Source: Paraspadella gotoi (taxonomy: Eukaryota > Animalia > Chaetognatha). Taken from it: DNA of 64,000 bases. The position numbers were made by a program, and so were the translations under genes. Location: the NCBI GenBank assembly GCA_051294375.1, contig CM119271.1, forward strand, positions 7,678,162 through 7,742,161. Reading direction: 5' to 3'. This document shows positions 1 through 9,303 of the stretch, piece by piece. The notes under the pieces are model-generated. The model was not told the origin of the DNA. It did no database searches and saw only the letters and a program-made list of their open reading frames with translations. Numbering within the stretch: position 1 is the first letter of the stretch; each line of letters starts with the position of its first letter.

Positions 1-512
1 ACGATCGAGTCAAGCTGCTCATGTGGCTTTTGCAACGAAACCTTCTCCAACAACTGCACACCTACGTCTACCTCCTCGTCGAGGATCTCGCCGACCCACC
101 CACGCCCAAGTCGCGCGGGGTGTTTTCGAAGGAAACTACGACCACGACGACGGCGTCGGCTGCGTTCGGCTCCGTCGACGCCACGTCGCGATCGGAGGAA
201 ATTCCGACGACCGACTCGACTCCAGCGTCGTGGCGCGCCTCCGCCTCCTCTAAGACGCAGGAGTTGCTCACGGCGGAACTCTCGAGCGCCGAGCGGCGCG
301 CCGTCTTCCGACTCGACGCCGCCAACAACTCGGACGATCTCAAACTCTTTGCTCGTCTCGTCAAGTATTTTCGCGGGCGGCAGCACCTCGAAGAAATCAT
401 GTTCTACGAAAACATTTCTCGATCGCAGATCCTCATCATCGTCGACAAATTCCGGGAGGTGCTGGTGGCCACGATGCATCCCGATCCCGTCACTTCAGTT
501 TTTCTCGAATGA
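1..512 (+). CDS. NPRL3: GATOR1 subunit NPRL3, 3' terminal exon (5' end lies outside the window)
   Basis: The translation has the NPRL3 C-terminal pattern LLQQLHTYVYL ... DDLKLFARLVKYFRGRQHLEEIMFYENISRSQILIIVDKFREVLVATMHPDP, closely matching the recalled human segment ([23 protein letters not shown]-type). Stop TGA at 510-512. Confidence 0.93.
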   Translation, partial: DRVKLLMWLLQRNLLQQLHTYVYLLVEDLADPPTPKSRGVFSKETTTTTTASAAFGSVDATSRSEEIPTTDSTPASWRASASSKTQELLTAELSSAERRAVFRLDAANNSDDLKLFARLVKYFRGRQHLEEIMFYENISRSQILIIVDKFREVLVATMHPDPVTSVFLE

Positions 513-1431
513 TTACCGTTACGTTTAAATTTTTTTTATAAAAAAAGTAAACGAATACGTTGCCCGTTTCAGTTTTTGAATTTTGTTATTCTAGTCATTT
601 ATTTGATACCCGCCGGTCGAATCTACAAAAGTTAGCTATTAAATTCAAAATAGTTTTAACGTTTCTCGTTTTGTATTTTTAAATATCGAGAAAAAAAAAT
701 TACAGTTAATATTAAAAATAAAACTTCTCTAGCCTAATGTTTAATGACTTTTTAGTTTTGTCCGTTATATCAGCTTTGTCTCAGGTCGACCTTAATCCCT
801 TGTCCTTTTGTTTCTGCCATCAATGTCCTCCATCTTCTCTCCTTGCGATTTCAGTCGGCTTTCGTGAGTCAAAGGGAGAGAAAAAAATTTTTTTTCTCAA
901 CCTCTCGTTTGGACGATGCAAACCTGAGACAGAGATAAAAAAAAACAAACGAAAGGAGACAAAGAGAGAAAAACGTAATCTCGTTGCGTGTCGAAACATC
1001 ATCATCGCCGCCTCGGACACTGGCATCTCGCACGCAAACGCCCGCGTTATATGTCGCTTAGCCTTGCGGTCCAGTTTGTCATTAGATGTATGAATGCGCA
1101 GGAAACTCGCGAATTCAGCAAAAATTTCTCCCCTTTTTTTTCCCTTTCAAATCCGATTCTCTCTTTGGGGAATTTCCGTCGCGAACCCTTGTTTGTTTTG
1201 GCGTCTACCAGTCGCCTTTTTTTCTATTGCAAATCTTCTTTTTTTTAATTTAACTTAGGAGATTTCGTTCGAATTTCGTCGCAGTTTCGATTCCGATATA
1301 TTTTGGAAAAAGATCTCCCTCTCAACGTAAAAACCCAGAACGATGATTCATCACTGAATCGAAAATTGTTTAGATACAAACTTAAGTTAACGAGACTCAA
1401 AGAGAAAGAAAGAAAAAAAAAACCCACAAAA

Positions 1432-4400
1432 ATGTCGGGGCCTCCTTACTTGCCGCCCTTTTACCAACATCAGGGCATGGGAGGCTTTTACCCGCCTGGT
1501 GCGGCTCCGCAATTTCAGGGCCTCACTTATCCTCAGCAATTTCCGCACCAGCAGTCGCCACCCGCCGCGTTTCCGGTCTCCCTGGCGCAAGCTCCGCCTC
1601 CTCATCCGTTCCAGCAACCGCCGCCGCCCCACTCCGCCCATTTTCCTCCCCAGCAAATGCCTTCCCCGCAAGCCCGGCCGTCCTACCCCGCCAGTCAGGC
1701 GAATCACGTCAATCATCACAATCAGGCGTCGCATCCTCACGGACAGTCGAATTACGCCCCGGCCAATCACCAAGCCAACCACCAGAGCGGCGGCGGTGGT
1801 GGTCATGCGTCCAATCAACGGTCGCAACATCATCAGCCGCATCATCAACAGCAGAATCAACAACAGCCATCCCGTCATCAAAAGAAACACAACGAATCTC
1901 ACCAAAATTTCCAGTCGTCGTCTTCGTCCGCGCACCCGCCGCGCGGGCCCCAGCAGGCTTGGGGCGAGGACGCTCGCGGGTCGCAGCCCCGATTCGAAAA
2001 GGAGCGCTCCTCCTCCTCTTGCCCTTCGGGCGGCGCCAAGGAGTCTGTCGACTCTGGCAGCGCCAACGGATCCAGCGTTCTTAACAACGACTTTGGCGAC
2101 ATGGATCAAGCGGCCAAGCAATACGCCAAGACAGCTCCAAAGACGCTGCCGCCCCGAGCGGACGCCGCCGGCGACGATGGGCGCCCGCTCATCGAGGACA
2201 CGAACCGCTATCGTCAACAACACGGGCTCATCGTGTGGGACTCGTCAATGGACGGACACCACGGCGACGCGGACGCCGAAGTCCCGCCCCCATACGAGAG
2301 ATTTGAGGATTTCGGGGGTTTGTCGCGGGCGCAACTCGACTGCTTCCACCATCACGGGTTCGAGGCTCCGACGCCGATCCAGGTTCGTAAAGTTATGTAG
2401 CACTTTGTTTTGTTCTCGCTGAATTCTCTTGGAAAATTCCAATTATTTAATTTTAGATTTGAATTTTCCTAATCATCAACAACAACAACAGTAACAAATA
2501 TCGGAGACGATTTTTCAGACTCTGAGACTTTTAACAGTTTACTGATACATAAACAACAATAAAAATAAATTATCATTCAAGAACTAATCAACTTTAAAAT
2601 ATTTTTTTAGGCCCAAACCTGGCCGATCGCCATGGGACAGCGCGACATCGTCTCCATCGCCAAGACGGGTTCCGGCAAGACGCTGGCCTTTCTCCTTCCC
2701 GCCTATAAAAAGATGGACGCGCGCAACGGAAAGCGCGGCTCTAACGGAGCCATCAACGCCCTCATCCTCGCACCGACGAGGGAGTTGGCCACGCAGATCC
2801 AGGAGGAGTCGGAGAAGTTCGGCCAGGCGGCGGGCTACTACAGCGCCGTGGCCTACGGTGGCGCCGCCAAACGCGACCAGCTCCGCGCCATCCAGGGCGC
2901 CTCCATCCTGGTTGCCACTCCGGGCCGTCTCAATGACTTTCTCGATTCGGGACAGATCGACCTCTCCTCCGTCTTCTATCTGGTCTTGGACGAGGCCGAC
3001 CGCATGCTCGACATGGGCTTCGAGCCGCAGATCCGCTCCATCGTCCGTCGAGTCCCGCGCAAGCGACAGACGCTCATGTTCTCGGCCACTTGGCCCGAGG
3101 AAGTCCGTCAGCTTGCCCACGACTTTCTCGACAGGCCCGTGCACATTCAGCTGGGCGACCCTTACCAGCTGCAGGCAAATGACGATATTGAGCAGCACTT
3201 GGTGTTGCTACGGTCTGGCGAGGATAAGGACGACGAGTTGATATCGCTGCTCAAAACAAGGGCCAAAAACCGGAGCAAGCGGGCCGGGGATGAGCTGGTG
3301 AGGATTTTATAGATATCCATACTTTTTGGTTCTAAAGAAAAAAAAATTACCAGTAGTTAAGCTTTCTCAGTTAAAATTATTTTTTTTGTAACATTTCGAA
3401 TGAGTTTCGTTTTGTTTTTTATGATTTGTTTGGTAGTTTATTCCTTTGCGTTTATAAAAATTAATGCAAACTATTATATTGTCGAAAGACTCTCACCATG
3501 TATTTTATATTCCCTTTCCCCTCCCCCCCAAAAAAAAGGTGCTCATCTTCGTCGCTCGCAAAAATACCTGCGACTTTGTAACAAACATGTTGAAGCGTGT
3601 GGGAATCCGCGCGGCCGCCATGCACTCGGACCGTGACCAATCCTACCGAGAGCAGACCCTCGCTAACTTCCGCGAAGGCAAGACGCCTGTGTTGGTGGCG
3701 ACGGACGTTGCGTCGCGCGGTCTCGACGTCCGCGGCGTTGGCGTCGTCGTCAACTACGATCTGGCCAACACCACCGAGGACTACGTCCACCGCATCGGCC
3801 GCACTGGCCGCGCTGGAACTAAGGGCGAATCCGTCACGTTCCTCACGCGCAGCGGAGAGGACACGTGGAAGGCCATGGGGATTATCGAGGTCATGCAGAA
3901 GACGGGACAGCCTGTCCCACCGGAAGTGCAGGACATGGTGGACCGCATGGTTCGGCGGCAGCAGATCAACAAGGAGCAGCGGGCCCACGAGAACGAACAG
4001 TTCACGAAGGTGTTGATGGTGGCGGAGAAACCTTCGGTGGCCAAGATGATCGCCGAGCATCTCTCCGGCGGGCGGCTGCGAACGCGGCGTGGTCAAAGCA
4101 GAGCGCTGCAGATTTTCGAGTTCATCAAGTGGTTTTCGCCGGCTCAGCAAAAGTGCAAACTCATGGTCACCTCCGTCGTGGGTCACATCTTCGGGTTGGA
4201 CTTCGAGGAGCAGCGCGTCCGCGACATCGCCGACCTCTTCGACGCTAAGGTCAAGAAGCAGGTGGAGGACAACACCAAGAAGCTCCGGGTCATCGAGCAC
4301 CTGCAAGAGCTGGCCGAGGAGGCCGAGTACCTTGTCTTGTGGCTCGATTGCGATCTCGAAGGAGAGAACATTGGGTTCGAGGTTATCTCACTCTGCCAGG

Positions 4401-7071
4401 AGTGGATCCTCTACGACAACGTTTACAGAGCCAAGTTCTCCGCACTTACCCAGCAGGAGCTGGTCAACGCCTACCAGAACTTGGCCAGGCCGGACAAGCA
4501 CGCCGCCATGAGCGTCGACGCGCGGCAGGAGATGGATCTCAAGATCGGGGTCAGTGGGAGTGGACTAATTAAAATGTTTGAAAATATTATTATTAAATAT
4601 TGTTAAACTTTTATTAACCACTCTTTCGTCTTAATCTCATCATAATGATTATGAACGTTGTAAGCTATTTCAAGTATCGTTACTATATTAAAATAGTTGG
4701 AAGAAAAAATATTCAAGTGGATTTTAACTTATCTAAATAATAATATAATTTTGCTTCTCTTAACTCAGGTGGCGTTCACCCGTTTAATGACTCGAAGCTA
4801 CTTGGACATGGCGCGGGAAAAGTTTCGCCTCAAAGATCAGAAATGCATCAGTTACGGTCCTTGCCAGACGCCCACTCTCTCATTTTGCATCAAAAGACAC
4901 CGCGAAATTCAAAATTTTAAGCGGGAACCGTTTTACATTGTTTCTCCTACATTGAAATTAGGCCAGGTAAAATAATACGTATTGCTTAAGTTTTTCGTTT
5001 GAAGTTGTTTGAGTAGTAAACGAGTAAAAAGTACATGCGTATGTTTGAGAAATTTTCTGTTCATATTACATAATACTGAAAGATTTAAGTTATTTTATCT
5101 TTATCAGCGGCTGCTGCAGCGCTACTCTTAATTTTAGTTAAGTCAAAAGTTTAAAATAAAATCGACTTTTCTGACAGAACCGCGAGATTACCGTGAAGTG
5201 GTCGGACGGCGACCGCATCTCCAACAAGCGCGACCTTCACGAAATAGAAGGCGCCATCGAGGCGGCGCGGACCGGACGAGGCGCCGTCGTGCGCGGCTAC
5301 ACCGAGCGGCGCGTCGTCGTCAACAAGCCCGTCGGTCTCAACACCGTCACTCTCCTGAAAGCCTGCTCCAAGGGGCTCGGTATGTCCCCCATCCAAGCGA
5401 TGAAGTTCGCCGAGCATCTCTACACTTCCGGCTACATCTCTTATCCGCGGACGGAGACGACCGCCTACTCGCCTACCTTCGATCTCGTCGCCGCGCTGCA
5501 GGAGCAGGCCGATCATCCCAACTGTGAGTTAATGGAGGGCGATTTGAAGATTATAAAATGACTTTTTCCCGTCTTCCGTTCTTATTTTTATTTTCTTTCT
5601 CAGGGGGCAGAACCGTAACGTATTTGCTCAACAGCGGAAGAATAAGAACCCCTGAGAAAGGACATGACGTGAGTACAAATTTGTAAATCGTTTTCCCCTT
5701 GAATTATTTATTCCTATTTCCCAACCGGTCTTTTAATGTCCACACTTTTTCTCAACCCAGATGGGCGACCATCCCCCGATTACCCCTATGCGCGCCGCCC
5801 CCCGCGACGAGTTCTCCAAGGGCAACGAGTGGCGCATCTACGACTACGTGACGCGCCACTTCATCGGCACCCTGCACGACGACATGGTCTACTTGGAAAA
5901 GCAGCTGCAGGTCACCGTTAACGGCTACCGCTTCTCCTACACCTGGCACGAGGTCGTCGACCGCGGGTTCACCTTCGCCATGCCCTGGAAATTCAAGAGT
6001 CTCCAGCTCAACGTCCTCGAATGGCAGATGCCGCAGCACCTGCGCGAGGGAGAACACATCCCAGTTTCCCGTTTCGAGACCCGCACGGAGCACACTCGCC
6101 CGCCGGATTACCTGCAGGAGAGCGAGCTCATCTCTCTGATGGACAAGCATCGCATCGGCACCGATGCCTCTATCCCGCAGCACATCAAGAACATCTGCGA
6201 CCGGCACTACGTCGACGTCTGCGGGCCCGGCGAGGACGGCCAGAAGGGTGAGATCATCCCTCAACGACCTGGCGGATTCAAGGGAGGCCGGGGCGGCGGC
6301 AAAGACGGCGGTCAACAACAACGGGCCGCCTCGCGCCACATGGTCCCGCGTGCTTTTGGTCTCGCTTTTCTCTCCTGTTTTGAAGAGTTGGACAGAGAGC
6401 TGTGCGACCCGCCCATTCGCGCCTACATGGAACAGCAGTGCGGAAAGATCGCCACGAGAGAGGTGGAGAAGAACGAGGTGGTGCAGAGCAACTTGCAGCT
6501 CTTCCTACAAAAGTTCCTCTCGTTCCGGAGCAACATGTCCAAAGTGGACAGGTTCTTCGCGCCTAAGAACATGCAGTTGGCTCAGGCCAATGGGTTCCAG
6601 GAGCACGGGAGAGGTGGAGGAAGAGGAGGAGGAGGGGGAAGAGGAGGAGGAGGTAGAGACTATTATGCTAACTACGGAGGATACGGTGGAGAGGGGGGAG
6701 AGTGGGAAGAGAACGGAAGAGGAGACAGGGGTGGAAGAGGTGGAGGAAGAGGAAGGGGTGGAGGTGGTGGACAGTATAGAAACGGAGGACGAGGTGGTTA
6801 TCAGTCCAACTCGTTTAATGGAGGAGGCGGTGGCGGAGGTGGTTACGGCGACTACGAACGTTCCGACTCCGGTCGGGGCGGACGTGGCGGACGCGGTGGG
6901 CGCGGCGGCGGTAACGGAGGTGGCGGAACCTACGGCGACGACCAACGTGGTCCCCGGGGCGGCAGCAGCGGCGTGGAAAACCACGACGGCGCCAGCCGCG
7001 GCGGATACAGGGGCAGAGGCGGCGACAGAGGACGCCGCGGCGGTGGGCACCGAGGCAACGCGCATTCCTAG
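1432..7071 (+). CDS. DEAD-box RNA helicase (DBP2/DDX5 family) - topoisomerase III-beta fusion protein, about 1522 aa, 7 exons
   Basis: Exons 1432-2382, 2611-3297, 3539-4549, 4769-4966, 5178-5523, 5604-5668, 5761-7071. All introns are GT..AG and phase-compatible. Splicing restores motifs across junctions: PTPIQ|AQTWP, DLKIG|VAFTR, HPN W(split codon) GRT, KGHD|MGDHPPITP. The helicase C-terminus and the Toprim N-terminus share exon 3 in one frame. Confidence 0.9.
2300..3950 (+). other. DEAD-box helicase module of the fusion gene (DBP2/DDX5/DDX17/plant DRH1-like)
   Basis: Q motif [11 protein letters not shown]; motif I AKTGSGKT (2659-2682); Ia APTRELA; GG; Ib TPGRL; II DEAD (2989-3000) followed by [12 protein letters not shown]; III SAT; IV LIFV; [11 protein letters not shown]; [12 protein letters not shown] (3788-3817). 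Confidence 0.93.
4010..6560 (+). other. TOP3B: Type IA topoisomerase (TOP3B-like) module of the fusion gene
   Basis: Toprim motifs [17 protein letters not shown] and [16 protein letters not shown]; [17 protein letters not shown]; [11 protein letters not shown]; catalytic [10 protein letters not shown] (Tyr at 5442-5444); GDHPPITPM; [24 protein letters not shown]. These fit the TOP3B rather than the TOP3A variants as recalled. Confidence 0.9.
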
Positions 7072-9303
7072 GAACCGGATATCGAAAATTTTCATACTCG
7101 ACGATAAAATTCGAATGAAAAGAGGAAGAAAATAAAAGACGCACAAAGGAAGCGAATGGAAGGGGGGGCGGAGGAAAGGCGGCGCAAAATGGACGCCGGC
7201 GCGGTCTCTCGCCGCGGCGTCGCCTCGTTTCGCTCGATACGGATTTTTCATTTTCTCTTCCCACCCGTCCGCCTCCCGTTTACACCCACGAGATATCATG
7301 ACATCTAACACGCCGGTCATTCCTCTCTCTCTCTCTTTTTCTCTATGAGCCAATATTGCTCATAGACGCCGTTTTCCTTTTTAATCTATTTTCACGTTGG
7401 AGACATTATTTATTCCGAAGAGAGAGGTCGGAGGGCTGAGTTAATTCTAGTTGGTTTTCATTTTTTATTTTTTATTAAACTTCGCACGTTATCGGTTACG
7501 TTTGTTTTATTTTCATTTTAATTATCAATGGAGTTTGTCCTCGTAATGAAATTAAAAATTTAATGCCGAGATTTCTAAGAAATGTTTCCCGATTTCGCGA
7601 CGATGTTACCTCTTTTCTTCTTCCTCTCTTTTCGGTTTCTTTTTTCTCGAGTTTTGTGATCAGAGGCGTTTTCTCTTTTGTGTTCTTCGGTTCCGTCGCA
7701 ATGTTTTCTTTTTATATTGTTTACGTTGACCGTTTTTCAAATATAAAAGACGCTTCGTTTTTAATTTTTTTTTTTTCGTCCTAGCATAATGAATGAACCC
7801 ATCCGCGATATAGCCGATTTCCTGAGATTTTTTCCTTCCATCGAGCGCATGTTTAAATGTTGTTAGTTTGTTTTTTTTTGTTTTTTTTCGTTTTTGTATG
7901 GAAATTACCATGCCACCAGAAAAATATTTCCATCGGCCTATATCTCATCCCGGTTCGATAAATATCTGTTATATAACATATCCTCTAGATCTCGAGAGAT
8001 AATCATAGCTTTAGTTGTTTATTTTTTAAGTTTTTACGCATTAGTTGCATTATTCACTTATCTGTATATTTTTTAAGTTGATCATTGTAACGAGGAAGTG
8101 CAACATGATTCATTAATCTCGCAAAACTTATGGCTAACCAAGGTAAGCGTAACGTTGCCGCTTTTATCCTCTTGAGCGTTAGACTTAGTTTTGAAGCTAT
8201 TCCGTATTAACTTAAATATGAAACGACTAATCGAAAACGGGGGGGCATTAAATTTATCTATTTTTTACTAAATCGTTTTGCCAAAAAGAAGGAAGATGTT
8301 CAAAACGGCGGGAGAAATAACGCGGGAAGTGAGGAGTTTACTTTATTATATAAATTGTCATAACGTGAACTTAACCGAAAAGTAGAGCGCGATACTCGTC
8401 TAATATATTAGAAAAAATATATGCCAAACTCGTCCTTTTTTCGGTCATTTGATTTCGTCCGCGGATGCTTAGCGGCAGCCTTCAAAGAACGCCGTCTGCA
8501 ATTTCGACTTACTTTTTTCCGTTCCCGACTGACCTGCCGTAAGCGTAGGTGAAATGACGAACCTAGTCCGTAGTCACGCCACTTAATATCATGCATAAGT
8601 TTCTTATTTTTTTTGTTCTTTTTTTCTCTAGCAACTGTAGATTTACTCGGCATTGCAAAAATAAAAAGGTTAGTCCATAACTGATTCACGAAGGCTTCGT
8701 TCTGTAACCATCATGTTTTCAAACTCATTTAATGGTAAAAAAAAGAAAATAAAAAGGCTAATTTTTCTCAAGGTTTGTTTATTTCTTTGGGTGTTTGGGT
8801 CGAGAGACAGGAAGTGGGGGGGAAAGGAGGCATAGTTTGATATAGGAAACGCTTAGAATAAATTTATTGTTATTCGTCTGAAACCTTTTGTTTTCGAGAC
8901 AAAAGAAGCGGGAGAGAGCTCGATCGTAAATAACTAAAATCCGCCTCTCGTTAGTTCCGTTTCCTTGTTTGACGCTATCAACGCTCGCCGAAGACGAGTG
9001 GAAATGACATATAAATATTTAGATTAAAATAAACATGGAATAGAAGGACCTCAAATCTCCAGGATATCAAAGAAAATAACTATAACAACAAAAATAAAAG
9101 TATCTTTGACTAGACGAATTTTTCTATAGACCGGTGGGCCTGGCCAGTGGCCATCTAGAATTCAAATCGCCAAAATCCAGAAATCCTAAAGCTAAAAATG
9201 CAATTAGGAGACGACCTCGTACATAAATAGGTCTCAGACCAGTTGTCATTCAAATGATGATGCCGCTCGATGGTGGAACTTCGCCGTTGCCGGTCGTAAG
9301 TAG

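Noticed and set aside
1303-1431. N-terminal extension from the TTG start in the ORF track
   Set aside because: AT-rich and A-run sequence typical of a 5' UTR. The ATG at 1432 has a good AAAA-ATG context and marks the shift to coding-like composition.
2611-7071. Two separate adjacent genes (a helicase and TOP3B)
   Set aside because: There is no stop, intergenic spacer or needed splice between motif VI and the Toprim start; both lie in one open exon.
1387-7353. Long antisense and alternative-frame ORFs over the fusion gene (e.g. 3461-4306 minus, 6164-7135 plus)
   Set aside because: Expected shadows of GC3-rich coding sequence; no independent motifs.
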